Shown here one piece after another: positions 39,758 through 52,533 of a stretch of DNA of 64,000 nt (position 1 is its first letter; each line of letters begins with the position of its first letter). The notes under the pieces are model-generated. The model did not search any database, was not told the origin of the DNA, and saw nothing but the letters and a program-made list of their open reading frames with translations. The DNA lies in the NCBI RefSeq assembly GCF_018350175.1, contig NC_058368.1, positions 47,556,001-47,620,000 of the forward strand, written 5' to 3'. The position numbers were made by a program, and so were the translations under genes. Source of the DNA: Felis catus (lineage: Eukaryota).

Positions 39758-40207
39758 AATATTTTGGTTAATGCAAAGTTAACCCTATATAAAATAGCAA
39801 TTTTAAAAGAAGAAATTTAAAATATACTTTTGTAAAAAGAATCATGTCTTCTTGTACCTCATACTCCGTATGCTTTAAATACATAGTTGGTAGAACACTA
39901 GTTAATGTTCTATTAGATATAGATCTATAAATATATACAGATATATAATGTTGAGAACCAGAAAAAAAAAAACAAAACATTAGACATAATGGAAAACTTA
40001 GTGGTTTTGTATCTTTAACCTAAGGCAGTTAGCTTTTCCTCAGCCACAGAAGCAGAAAATCCAAAGCAACAGTTTTATCCCCCATTCTTAATTCAAGTAA
40101 GTGAATCTTAGAGTTTGGTTAATTACTCAGTAATTTATCCAGAGGCATTTTGAACATGTGATACAGGTCTAGAAATGCGTGTGGTACAAGTCTAGAAACA
40201 CAACCAA

Positions 40208-40389
40208 GGGGTGCCTGGGTGGTTCAGTCGGTTAAGCATCCGACTTCGGCTCAGGTTATGATCTCACGGTTCGTGGGTTCAAGCCCCGCATTGGGCTCTG
40301 TGCTGGCAGCTCAGAGCCTGGAGCCTGTTTAGGATTCTGTCTCTCTCTGTCTTTCTCTCTGTCTCTCTCTCTGCCCCTCCCCAGCTTAT

Positions 40390-40430
<41 letters not shown>

Positions 40431-40468
40431 AATAAACATTAAAAAAAATTTTTTTTAAAGAAAAAAAA
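40208..40468 (+). mobile_element. Can-SINE
   Basis: TSD agaaacacaaccaa. Confidence 0.92.
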
Positions 40469-41885
40469 AGAAACACAACCAAAATTCTCTGTAAAAAGAA
40501 TGAAAATGAGTCTTACCCCTGAGAATTAGAAATAGCAGGCACAAAAGTAGTTAAGGTATGGATTAGTTATTAGCTCCACCAAAATGAGTAATTTGAAAAG
40601 GAACTGAACATCAACTCACTGAGGCCTTATTAACAGAACAAGCAGAAAGAGGAATCTGAGACAGCAAAGTAAAATGGGATTTGTAGCCCACCTGTGTGGG
40701 CAAGATGGCTTCTCAGGTGGTTAGAGAGGTCAGCTTCTGCCCTTGTCAACTTCCATTTCCCACAGCAAATTCCACCAAAGCCTTCCTATCTGGAGACCCG
40801 GGTCCCATCTCTGTTTCAAAGCACTCCTCTTACATGTAGCAAGTTAATCAGCAGCCTCAGCCCCCTTGGCTTGTGAAATTTAGAATTAGATTATCCCCCT
40901 CGCACAAAGGATGCAGTGGTCCAGTCATATGACTGTTTGCTCCCATGTCTTCCTCTGAGCCCCACAGTATATTCTCTGTATTGACCCAGACTACCTTTCA
41001 GTCCTTTCTCTCAGTTAATCTGCCTAATGCCTGACTCCTAAAAATCCTTCCCTGAACCCTTGCCAGTAACTGGAAATCCTATTACTTTGCTTAGCTTCTT
41101 TTGCCAATCTTCCTTGTGCAGGTTTTACTTCCTGTACTCTTTCTCTGCACACAGCTGTCCTCTGGCACGCAGACAGATGCTTGCCTCAACGGTTGCTCCG
41201 CCTTCCCTCCAGATTGAACAAGCTTTCAAAATTTCTTAATGGAAGGACCACTTCCTGGTCCTGGTGATTATAGGAACCTCATGACTGAATACAATCTATT
41301 TTGGATATTTTGCCTTAGAATGGCTATCTATCAAATGAGATTAGATAATGATTCCAAATCAATATCCACTTTTAATATCGGGATAGCCATGAACATTTTG
41401 TGGACAAAATTCAAAGATCAGTTGTTGCTTCTTGTTGAAAAATAAAAACTGAGTTTAAATAAAAGGTTAATAATTACATAGGTCCTTCACCATTTTACCC
41501 AATGATAACCTTGTTGCTAGAGTTGGGAATAAGTCATATACACTTGTTGGCTTAATACATCGGAGTATAATGAGCAAAACCTTCACCGTAGTGTGTATGT
41601 TAAGTCTGCTCATGTAAATACTGTTATAAAAACCTCTTGTTACTCAGTATTTTAGACAGTGGTTTTGTTTAAATTCATTCTCCCATTTCTGAGGATTGAC
41701 TGCCACGCTCCTCTCTCCCAGTTATTTCTCAGGATTGCAGAATTTGCCGTGCTGCTTGGGGTGAATTGGCCAGGGCCTGAGGGCACTTCCTAGGGGTCAG
41801 CAGGTTGGCAGCTCCCTATTTAATAGGTGGTTTTCACCTTTTCACCTTTCTTCTCCTCATATGTCCAGCTTAAAAATCTGTTGTA

Positions 41886-42147
41886 GGGGCACCTGCGTGG
41901 CTCAGTCGGTTAAGCGTCCAATTTCAGCTCAGGTCATGATCTCATGCTCATCAGTTCAAGCCCCGCGTTGGGCTCTGTGCTGACAGCCCAGAGCTTGGAG
42001 CCTGCTTTGGACTCTGTGTCTCCCTCTCTTTCGCTGCCCTTTCCCCCCCACTCACGTTCTGTCTCTCTGTCTCTCTCTCTCTCTTTCTCTGTCTCTCTCT
42101 CTCTCTCCCCCTCAAAAATATATAAAAACATACAAAAAAAATTTTTT
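41886..42147 (+). mobile_element. Can-SINE
   Basis: TSD aatctgttgtag. Confidence 0.92.
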
Positions 42148-43194
42148 TAATCTGTTGTAGTGTATTCCATAAGAGCAAATAAAATTAATTCTAGGACTTT
42201 ATATTACTGTTTTTTAAAGTAGTATGTGATATATGGGTGAGTCTTATGAAAACTGAAAACCCAGTTACAAATGTAGCATAACCTAGCTAAATTGAGGCCT
42301 GGGATGAGATCATTGTGAGGATTCTTGAAGATTCTGATTATACTTTTAACTTTATAGGAAATTAAACCTCTTGAGGTAACTGTGCTGAATTAGAATGTCA
42401 AACATAAGGTTGTTAACATGTGAATAATAATGACTTAGTTCAAATAAGATGTTCATATTATGAGGATAAGATGAGAAGTCTGAGTCAGCAAAGTAAAATG
42501 TGACAGGTTACATTAGCAAAACACAAAGCGGGAATTACCTGAGACTGAGACTGTTAGGCTGTGCTCTTGTCCTGGTCCGTTCCTCACTGCTGGAACTGCC
42601 TCTGCAGCTCTGATGTTTCTTCAGCATCGTCACAGTTCACTTTAATAAATTAATTATTACACAGGCATGATGATTGGAAGCAGATTCTTTCATTATACAA
42701 ACAATGTAGGAGTAGACTAGTCCTTTAGAATTATCATTTGACTTACAGAATTATCAATTTATTAAACGTAGTGCTCTCAAATTTCTCAGAGATAACCATT
42801 GTTTTTTTAAGTTTTCAATATGGGGGGGGAGAGTAATAGTGCTGAAAGTAACTTTCAAGTGTTGGGTAATAAATAAGAACAGGTGGAGCTAAAAGCTAAG
42901 GCTTTAATTTCCTATTTGGAGTTGGCATTGATTACCTACAATGTCTTGAATCCATAAAAAGGCAGACTTTGCAGTTTAATCTTTTCAAAGCAATTTTAAA
43001 GATCAACACATTCTAAATGACTTCACTAGAATTTTTTTGTATAATGCAGTCTAGTGTCTTCCCTAGTTTAGCATACAAAATACATACTGATTTCTCACAC
43101 CATATACAATTATATTTATAAAACCACCTTCCCCAGGGAGTATTTTCACGTCAGTAAAATGTTGAATTAATAAGTGTTTGAGTGAAAGAATTTT

Positions 43195-43918
43195 TTTTGC
43201 CATTTCATACCTAGGAGCATGGCTATAATAAAAGAAAAACAGATAATTAATTATAAGTGTTGATAAGGATGTGGAGAAATTGGCACCCTTATAACTGCTG
43301 GTGGGAATGTAAAATAGTCCAGCCACATTGGAGAGCGATTTGGCAATTCCTCAAAACTGAGAAATAGGGTGGCTATATGACCTAGGTATATAACCTATTA
43401 TTTTCCTAGGTATATAACCAAGAGAAATGAAAACACGTTTACCCAAAAACTTAACACACAAATGTTCATAGCAGCATTACTCGTAATAGCCAAAAAAGTG
43501 GGAATAACCCATATGTCCATCAACTGATGAATGGATAAACAAAATATGGTGTATCCATACAATGGAATATTATTCAGATATAAAAAGGAGTAGAATACCA
43601 ATTCAGGCTACATCGTGGATGAACCTTGAAAACATCAGCAAACCACATATTATACGATTCCATTTATATGGAATGTCCAGAGTAAGCCAATCCATAGAGT
43701 GAGAAACTAAGGCAGTGGTAGGCAAGGCTTGGGGAGAGAGAGGAATGGGGAGTGATTGCTAAATTGATATGAATTTCTTATTTGGGTAATAAAAACATTC
43801 TGTAATTAGACAGTGGTGATACACAACTTTGTAAATATACTAAAAACTAAAAAAAAATGAATTGTATACTTAAAAGGGTTAACTTTTATGGTGTATATAT
43901 TATGTCTCAATAAAAAAT
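43195..43918 (+). mobile_element. L1MB-like 3' end
   Basis: gataaggatgtggagaaattgg, atgttcatagcagcatta, tgtccatcaactgatgaatggataaac; ends tctcaataaaaa. Confidence 0.85.
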
Positions 43919-44005
43919 TTTGTCAATGTTTGCTTATCCATACAAAGAATATTTTTATATACCTATAGTTATACATATCTATATATAACTTCTTATAATT
44001 TTCTT

Positions 44006-44114
44006 CATATATATATGTATATATACATATATACATATATATATGTATATATACATATATACATATATATATATGTATATATACATATATACATATATAT
44101 ATATGTATATATAT
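44006..44114. repeat. TA-rich microsatellite with 28-30 bp higher-order unit
   Basis: atatgtatatatacatatatacatatatat repeated about 3.5 times. Confidence 0.9.
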
Positions 44115-44389
44115 AAGCTTTCCCAAAAAGTTAAAAAGTTAAGCCCACAAGCTGACATTCACCTGAAAGCCTTCCTGTATATTAAATCATATGTACCAGT
44201 ACACATTGACCTTCCACCAATTTGAACGCCAGGTGTTTTCATCAAAGCTAAAAGAGTGCCAAGGGTGAAGTAGCCAGGAGCAAATACCTACTACCTGTCT
44301 TCTCTGATTATACTTTGAATGTTATTGTTATTGTCACTTGGTAAAATGACCTTTGAAAAGCTTATCTGGTCTCAGAAATGTCAGTTAAG

Positions 44390-44940
44390 AATATCATGTA
44401 GTAGTGGAAAGATCATTGCCGTAGAGTCAAATATAGCTGGACTTCAAACCCAACCTGAAATGTACTAGCAGCTTCTGCCTGTTAAAGAAATTCTTCGACA
44501 TCTCTGAGCCTCAGGTTCCTCATCTGGCAAAAAATCCCTAATAGGGTTGTTGTAGGGATTAAATGAGATACCCTGAATAAAACAGACTGTACTCTCTGCT
44601 GCTTCCCTGCCGTACATATACTCTTATTTCTTCACTCTATGATGGTTCCCATCCCAAACATTATACACTCCGCCCCCACCCCCACCCCCGTCACAAACAC
44701 ACGCACACACCTATATAAACCAAGTTATGTCTCCCTCCTTCACGTTCCCATCGAACCTAGGGATTACCCTATTGAAGCACTTGCCGTACTCTATTGAATT
44801 TTCATGTTTATTTGCCTATCTTCCTCAGAAAGCTAACTTGTTTAAGGGAGGGGGGGACATTTTGTCTACCATTATATATACATTTGTCTAGCATAGTGAC
44901 TAGCTGAATAAAATATTTGAATAAATGAATTTTAATAACA
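44390..44940 (+). mobile_element. MIR followed by L2 3' fossil
   Basis: tctctgagcctcaggttcctcatctg..gggttgttgtagggattaaatgagata; then ctagcatagtgac..aatatttgaataaatgaa. Confidence 0.6.
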
Positions 44941-45208
44941 TATCTAGCATTGTATTGGATTCATAATAGCTCCCTAAGACAGGATAATGTGTCTGTGTTT
45001 TCCTCTCTAGAACATAATCATCTTGAAGCATTTTCAGATTTATAATATGTGGTGATTTATATATGGAAAAGGCTTTATTACTAGTTAGACCTATGAAATG
45101 AAGAAACTGTTCCTTATCTGTGTGACAATAGACTACTTGTTATACATTTTGTACATTATTTGTAATTTGTACATTCTGTTTTCCTGTAATATCTGTATAT
45201 ACATATAT

Positions 45209-45242
<34 letters not shown>

Positions 45243-45752
45243 GTATACATGTATACATTTACTAACTTAGAATTCTATTTTCTAAAAGTCCTAAGAATTT
45301 GCAGCTCAGGGTGCATATTTCATGCTATCCTCCATCTGACATTATTTAGACTTAGAAAGAAACAGCAAGCTTGGAAACAGTTTTGCTGTAGATTTAAGAA
45401 GACCTTCGAAATATATAGAAATTAAATCATTTTAAGCAATATAATTGAAACTTACTCTTTCTTATTTTAAATGTCTTACAAAATATTAATACTAGGCAAT
45501 AATTATTTGGGGGTGGAAGGGATAAAAATAAAGGAACCATAGAGGTGGTTTAATTGGTGTGTTTTGTTCTCCAGATTTATCATATTTCCATACATATGGC
45601 TATCTAAATTATTTACAAGAGCTTTGCTGAATAAATATATAAGTTATTAACTACATAATAAGATGGGAATATAGAAAAAGTAGATGTAATATTTATGTTT
45701 ATATAATCATTTCAGTTTCTGTACAGTCTTACAATCATTCTGCTTCTTTCAG

Positions 45753-45918
45753 ATACAGAGAACTACAACTTAGTTCAGAAAGCAAAGTCACAGAATATCT
45801 CCATCAAAGTAAATTAAAATCTTTTGAAAGTGAGCGTGTTCAACTTATACAGGAGGAAACTGCAAGAAATCTCACACAGTGCCAGTTGGAATGTGAAAAA
45901 TATCAAAAAAAAATAGAG
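45753..45918 (+). CDS. PIBF1: PIBF1 (progesterone immunomodulatory binding factor 1 / CEP90) internal coding exon, probably exon 11 (166 nt)
   Basis: Acceptor tgcttctttcag|A, donor GAG|gtacat. Translates (R)[55 protein letters not shown], recognised as PIBF1 coiled-coil. Starts phase 2, ends phase 0. Exon number from recall of the human gene. Confidence 0.95.
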
Positions 45919-45957
45919 GTACATGTACAAACTTTTCTTTTAAAATTAGCATGACAT

Positions 45958-46058
45958 GGGGCGCCTGGCTGGCCCAGTGGTAACATGCAACTCTGGATCT
46001 CGGGGTTGTGAGGTAGAACCCCATGTTGGACATAGTCTAATTTTAAAAAATAATAAAT
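45958..46058 (+). mobile_element. Short/old Can-SINE 40 bp downstream of the first PIBF1 exon
   Basis: ggggcgcctggctggcccagtgg head; A-rich tail containing AATAAA. Confidence 0.8.
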
Positions 46059-47021
46059 AGCAGAGCATAGCATGTGAGCTCAATTAGTACAAGGTCTGTA
46101 TCATGTCGAGCTTTATTTTACTGTAGGACTTAGCCCTATCCTGCACCTGCACGCAACGTGCATGCACACACATGCACACACAAGATAAATATATTTCAGA
46201 AATATGTGTACCACAAAGGACTGGAATTGTTAGAACACACAAAAAAAGAAAAAAAAATCTCATCCACTGTAACAACCAAAAATATATAATTACTTGTAAT
46301 AATTTTAATAGGAATAGTACAGAGGCTATTATCAAGAAAAGCATTCAACTTCACTAATACATAAGAAGAAACCCCATGTTCCTGGAAGGCGATATTCAAT
46401 ATTACATATTTTTTTATTTCTATCAAGTAATATTACTTGCTAGCATGCTCTTTTTTAACTGAACAAAGTAATTATGTAATATAACTAGAAGGAAAAAAAC
46501 AAAGTAATCAATTTTTGAAGACATTGATAAAAAGAAATAATGAGAAGAAATACGTATCACATTTTGAAATGCATTCTGAGGCAAGAACAATTAAAACCCA
46601 CAAAAAAAAGTTCATAAGTGGTATCAAATACAAAGCTCAAGACCCATAATCACATGAATTTAAGAATATATTCGTTGTAAAGCTTATTTTGCAAATTACG
46701 GGGAAAGGTGGATTGGATAACAAACAGTGCTGTGATAATCATTTGAGTATTTCGAGAAAATAATTACTTCCATATTTCACACTGCATATCAGAATAAAAC
46801 TCAGATGGATCCTATGTAAATGTAAATACAGAACTATAAAGCCATTAAAAGTAAATACAGATGAAATTTTAGATTATGTCTGTCTGGGGATTGATCTGTT
46901 GATCTGTTGATTAAAAGTAGGGGAAGAAACCATTTAGGAAAAATAAATGAAGACTGAAAAATAATACTTGTGTTATGCAGGAGAAAGGGCTTGTGTCCTT
47001 ACTTTTGAAAGGTCTCTTATT

Positions 47022-47253
47022 GGGGCGCCTGGGTGGCGCAGTCGGTTAAGCGTCCGACTTCAGCCAGGTCACGATCTCGTGGTCCGGGAGTTCGAGCCCC
47101 GCGTCGGGCTCTGGGCTGATGGCTCAGAGCCTGGAGCCTGTTTCCGATTCTGTGACTCCCTCTCTCTCTGCCCCTCCCCCGTTCATGCTCTGTCTCTCTC
47201 TGTCCCAAAAATAAATAAACGTTGAAAAAAAAAATTAAAAAAAAAAAAAAAAA
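47022..47253 (+). mobile_element. Young felid SINEC_Fc-type SINE
   Basis: CpG-rich, long A tail; perfect TSD gaaaggtctctta. Confidence 0.93.
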
Positions 47254-47564
47254 GAAAGGTCTCTTACCAAGAGAACATAACTTCTTCCTCTTCTAGAGAC
47301 TAGGTAGAAGGATTGTACTCTTTCCAAGAAAACACATGAAAATTGTTGAGAAATAGATGAAAACATGTATTCTCCCTAATAATGAAAGAAATATAAATTT
47401 AAACTTTTTTCTACCTTTACATAGGTCTCTTTGTTGTCTTCAAACTGCTGGCAAGAGTACCCTTAAAAGGGGAATCTCATGCGCTTAGAAAATGGAACCT
47501 CTCTTGGGGAGGATAGTATGGTAACCTGTGTTAACGTCCTTAAAAAATTGATCCAGTAATTTTA

Positions 47565-47788
47565 TTTTGTTTATTTATTTTTTAACGTTTATTTATTTTT
47601 GAGACAGAGAGAGAGAGACAGAGCATGAATGGGGGAGGGTCAGAGAGAGGGAGACACAGAATCTGAAACAGGCTCCAGGATCTGAGCTTTCAGCACAGAG
47701 CCCGACGTGGGGCTCGAACTCACAGACCGCGAAATCATGACCTGAGCTGAAGTCGGCCGCTTAACCGACTGAGCCACCCAGGCGCCCC
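47565..47788 (-). mobile_element. Can-SINE
   Basis: Perfect TSD tgatccagtaatttta. Confidence 0.93.
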
Positions 47789-48284
47789 TGATCCAGTAAT
47801 TTTAAAGGAATTTTACCTGAGGAAATAAGAGGGTTATATTAATGGCATACTCGCAGCACTAAATATTACAGTAAAAATTGGAAGTTATTTATTCAAATAA
47901 TAAACAATTTACAGTTAGTAGATTTTAAACTCTATATTTTGCTATATTCATGTATTATATGGTTACATGTAATAATATTCCTGAATATTTTAGATTTGTG
48001 GAAAATGCTCATTTAAAAATTTAAATGAAATAGGTATAATAATGTCATTAACATGATTAATTAGCTAATGATGTAAGTTTTCATTACAATAATGTCTCAG
48101 AGATTACATTTCTGGGAAGTATTCTGACAAGTAAAACTAAGATTAACAAGATAAAGGGTCCCAAAGAAAATAAAGCCTTAGAAAAAATATAAAAATGATA
48201 CTACATACATATATATATGTAAAGAAACAGACAAATTATAGATAGTGTTTATTGTTTACTTCTAAAGCAAACCAGTGTTCAGCA

Positions 48285-48730
48285 TTTAGTACTTTTTCAA
48301 ATATATTATTCAGGAACCTACTGCAGTCATAATCTGCAACAGCAGATTCTCCCACACATTTTCAATTTGACTGAATTAGATCAGCTCTGATTTGGAATTC
48401 ATCTTTTGCAAGTTATTGTTAAAATTTCATAATTCCTAGCAAAATGCCTTTTTTTTTTTTTTCCAGATTGGATGACTGCTTAAGGATGTGTCTTGGGGCA
48501 GGTGGAAGGGAATGAGAGGTATATATAGGAAGAGAGGGAAGCAGTTCTCTCTCTCTCTACTTCTGAAACAAGCATTTCACTAAACAATACAACACACAGT
48601 GCTGATGTTTACTAAACCATTCTGTTTTGTTTTTTATTTAACCATTCTGTTTTATTATTTTTAGCTGGTTGCAATCTGAATTGATTTCATGACCTCTTAA
48701 AGGTTACAACTTGCAATATGAAAGCCAGTC
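48285..48730. mobile_element. Charlie4-like hAT remnant
   Basis: gctggttgcaatctgaattgatttcatgacctc..ggttacaacttgcaatatgaaa resembles the recalled Charlie4a/4z end. Confidence 0.45.
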
Positions 48731-48829
48731 TCCCATAGACCTCTAGCCACTGGGTTGGTGAATGCAGCTGACTAGCAGTTGTTGTTTTTTGTGTGTAAGG
48801 GTTATGGAGAAACACCTCTGTAAAAAATA

Positions 48830-48862
48830 CTTTTTTGTTTTGTTTTTCAAGTTTATATATCT

Positions 48863-48907
<45 letters not shown>

Positions 48908-49034
48908 CCCAAGCAGGATCCACACTGTCAGCACAGAGCCCAACACAGGGCTCTATCTCACAAACCGTGAGATCATGACCTAATCCAAAGTCAAGAGTCA
49001 GACACTTGACCAACTGAGCCACCCAGATGCCCCC
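48830..49034 (-). mobile_element. Can-SINE
   Basis: (GA)n; antisense head. Confidence 0.9.
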
Positions 49035-49477
49035 AAAAATATTATGTTTCTAAAAACTATTGATAAAACTGAGGCATTAGGGGTATTTCTTACATTTCCT
49101 CCTCTGTTAAACCTAGGAGTCTTGAGAGGATAGAGATTATTCATTTATCATTGTGTCACCTACACCTAACACAGTGCTTTGCTCATAGTGAATGTTCAAT
49201 AAATAATGAGTGAATGAATGGTTTGATGAATGTTAGTATAGCACTGTTGTTAGAATCCATTTTTCTGAAGTACCGGAAGGTATTTCTAAGACCATTCTTA
49301 TTTATAATGAATTTGGGGGAGAAATAATCTTATAAAGGATAAAGATTATTTTATTCATGCACTTTTCTATGGGTTTTACCCAGTATTCTCATTGATTTAT
49401 AACTTGGCGACTATTTATTTTACTTTAATTATCAGTTGGCAAAGCCTGCCAAAACACTGGCTTTATATTTTTATCTC

Positions 49478-49695
49478 TTTTTATTTATTTATTTTTTTAA
49501 TGTTTATTTATTTTTGAGAGAGAGACAGAGCACAAGCAGGGGAGGGGCAGAGAGAGAGGGAGACACAGAATCCAGAGTTGGCTCCAGGCTCTGAGCTGTC
49601 AGCACAGCCCAACGCAGGGCTCGAACTCACAAACTGTGAGATCATGACCTGAGCCGAAGTCGGACGCTTAACCGACTGAGCCACCCAGGTGCCCC
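49478..49695 (-). mobile_element. Can-SINE
   Basis: Antisense head ccacccaggtgcccc. Confidence 0.92.
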
Positions 49696-49946
49696 TTTTA
49701 TGTCTTTTTAAAGCAGTCATTGACCTACAGTTTTGTATTATCATTAATTTTACATATAATTTTATATAATTCTGTATTATTCGATTATTTAAAGTAAAGA
49801 AATAGCCACTGTGAAAGCTTAGTATATAATGGATTTCTAAGAGCAGCTGATCTGTTTTGTGCATTCGTGGTCAAACTCAAATGTTCATATATTGGTTTTT
49901 CCTAAAGAATCTTTAATATAATAGCCTTCCATAGGTCCAGTAATCA

Positions 49947-49949
<3 letters not shown>

Positions 49950-49982
<33 letters not shown>
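49950..49982. repeat. Poly(T)33 tract
   Basis: Direct reading. Confidence 0.95.
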
Positions 49983-49983
<1 letters not shown>

Positions 49984-51990
49984 GCTTTTCAGAAACAATA
50001 ATAAGTTTATTTATAGAAGCCACTCAGGCAAATCCATAGTAAAAGAGAATTCTCCACCATGGAGTCCAGAGGTGTTGGGTATTTCTGGGGATCTCTCCTC
50101 TGTTATGAAGAGAGAATTTTAAATTACATCTCTCAATTTAATAGTATTTTCTAAATCTTAAAATAATACTTTACGAAATATCCCATCTTCCACATTTTGA
50201 TTATCTCCTGCAATATCCATTTCTGCAGTTTTGCCTTCTGTGGTTTTTGTTGAAGGAGTTGGAATACAAACAAATAGTATCAGCTGTGCTGTGAGAATAG
50301 TCATTTAACAACGTCATTACCGATACTCTCTTTTGACTGTGGAATTAGTGTCATCAGCCACCAAAGTCTTAATGAATTACATCTCAGTATAATAAATTCT
50401 ATGAAAGCTCCAGATTATTTCACTGTCTAATAATTTAGTTATAACGAATTAATAAGTCTCTAGAAAACATATTTCCAACTGACAAGAATGAAGAAGAAAT
50501 AATACTAAAAGATGAATTTTCTTCTGTTGATCCAATCAGGGACACTAAAAATCATCCTGTAATTATCATCATTATTCCCATGTTATTCTTTCTTTATCCC
50601 CCAAAGGAATAAGTTTGGAGGGTGGGAGATAATGTTTAAGTTATTTGAGTGGGAAATTTTGATGAAAATAATTGAAGGAAAATAAGATAGAATAGATTAA
50701 GGAAAATTAAATTGTAACTTCTGCTTGTTAAAACTGTAACTAAATCTTTATCTTCTCCTTTTTCCACATCAAAGAAAGCACACAATCATGTACATTTGTT
50801 GAGATGAACTTTGTGTCATTAAAGGAAATAGGTTGTGTTAAAAACTGTTTAATTATAGATAATTCAGAGTAATTAGGCCAGCGGATCTTTATTTCTATGC
50901 ACCATTTAATACAAAGTTCTCATAATTCTTATAGCAGTAATGATATTTTTCAAACACTGTGTTCTAGGCATTCTGCTAAGCACTGTGAATTTATTATCTT
51001 ATCTAATCCTTCCAACAATGTTTTGAGGGAGCCCTAGAAAGAATAATTAATTGCCTAAGATCTGAAACTAGTAAAGTGTCAAAGCCAGCATTGAAACCCA
51101 AATCTTTCTGGCTACAACCCATATTCTTAACTATAATTTTCTGTTGCTTTTAAGGAAATACTACATTACTTATGCTGTATTGGAAAGCAAGTGTAATACC
51201 ACTCCATAATTTAATCTTTGCTAGTTAGTAAACTTTCTAAATAATTGGAATTTAAGCATTAAAACATTTCCTTTGTCATTAGAAATGTCTCTTTTTAAGT
51301 GAATTCGTTATCAACATAGTGATTCTTTCAACAAATCACCATTAAAGAATGTAGAATTTTTTTGTTCTTACACAAAATAACTCCAATTTCCATGCCTTTT
51401 TAAATCTTTTTTAATAATTGTTTAAGTCCTTCCTTTCTATATAAAGGCATTTTCTGATACTGCCCCAGGTGGCACTTCATATGTCTCATCTTGGTTTGTT
51501 GCTTTGAATTTATGACTGTTCAAGAAGCCAGAAATCTTGTTACAACCTTGGTAAGCATAGATGAAGTAAGCTCTGATGGAAAACTGAAGGGTGAGTGTAT
51601 CGTTTTCACACCCAGTTTTCTAAGCTGCAAGCCTTTTGCCCGTTGCTGCAGTTGCCAAATAAATGACCTCCAGGTAAGAATAGCATCTGTTGCATTTTTT
51701 TAGTTCTAACAAGCAAATGCTATTCTTATTCCTGTAACTATTTCTAAGTTTTAAATTTGTTGTTTATTCAGTTCATGCAGTAAAGTGGTTCGTAATTTTC
51801 AGTTACAAACAACTGAGTTATGTACCTTAGAAATAAATGGAGCTTCCTCAGTTATCTCAGTTGAGCTACTTTCTCCTCATATTTAAATCACTAAAGGAAA
51901 AAATTCGAAAGGCATTTTTGTGTCAACATTTTTGTCTTAACTGTTAATCTTTTTAATTCTGCCTTTGCAATTTTTTTCTTCCACTATTAG

Positions 51991-52141
51991 GTTTTAACTA
52001 AAGAATTTTATAGTCTCCAAGGCTCTTCTGAAAAACGCATTACTGAACTTCAAGCACGGAACTCTGAGTATCAGGCAAGGCTCGACATTTATGAGAGATT
52101 GGAAAAAGAGCTTGATGAAATAATAATGCAAACTGCAGAAA
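51991..52141 (+). CDS. PIBF1: PIBF1 internal coding exon, probably exon 12 (151 nt)
   Basis: Acceptor tttttttcttccactattag|G, donor GAAA|gtaagt. Translates [50 protein letters not shown](I), in frame with the previous exon. Confidence 0.95.
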
Positions 52142-52332
52142 GTAAGTCGCCCACCACCTCACACACACAGCTTTTTTTCTGGCAGCACAAGGAACCTGGT
52201 ATTGTTTCTAAAAACACTAATATATTTCTTTAAAATCCAATTGGTAACTTTTGAAAAATATGTATTTTATATTTTAATAATTAGTTGATCTCAATTTCAG
52301 TAGTTGGCATTTAAAAAATAGGTTGACTATAT

Positions 52333-52533
52333 GGGTGGCTCAGTCAGTGTCTGACTTCGGCTTAGGTCATGATCTTGCAGTTCCTGGGTTGAGCCCCATG
52401 TCGGACTCTGTGCTGACAGCTCAGAGCCTGGATCCTGCTTCAGATTCTGTGTCTCGTGTTCTGGCGTTCTCTCTCTCTCTCTCTCTCTCCCTCTCTCTAA
52501 AAAATAAATAAACATTAAAAAACCATTTTTTTT
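52333..52533 (+). mobile_element. Can-SINE
   Basis: TSD aaataggttRacta. Confidence 0.9.

Larger units (their letters stand above)
1..45752 (+). other. PIBF1: Large PIBF1 intron (probably intron 10); its 5' end lies outside the window
   Basis: No upstream PIBF1 exon recognised; repeat-dominated sequence ending in a polypyrimidine tract + AG at 45751-45752. Confidence 0.75.

Noticed and set aside
40680..41270. Slightly GC-richer segment, possibly an old ERVL LTR or an exon
   Set aside because: No family or protein I can recognise and no convincing splice context; needs RepeatMasker.
43923..44225. Y/I/H-rich ORFs
   Set aside because: Translations of a TA-rich microsatellite; the same applies at 14763-15098 and 22288-22345.
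45958..46058. tRNA gene
   Set aside because: It is a tRNA-derived SINE head with an A-rich tail; no complete cloverleaf.
51491..51703. 70-aa ORF containing a strong-looking CAG|gtaaga donor upstream of the second exon
   Set aside because: No PIBF1 similarity and no clear acceptor; cannot support a cryptic exon from sequence alone.
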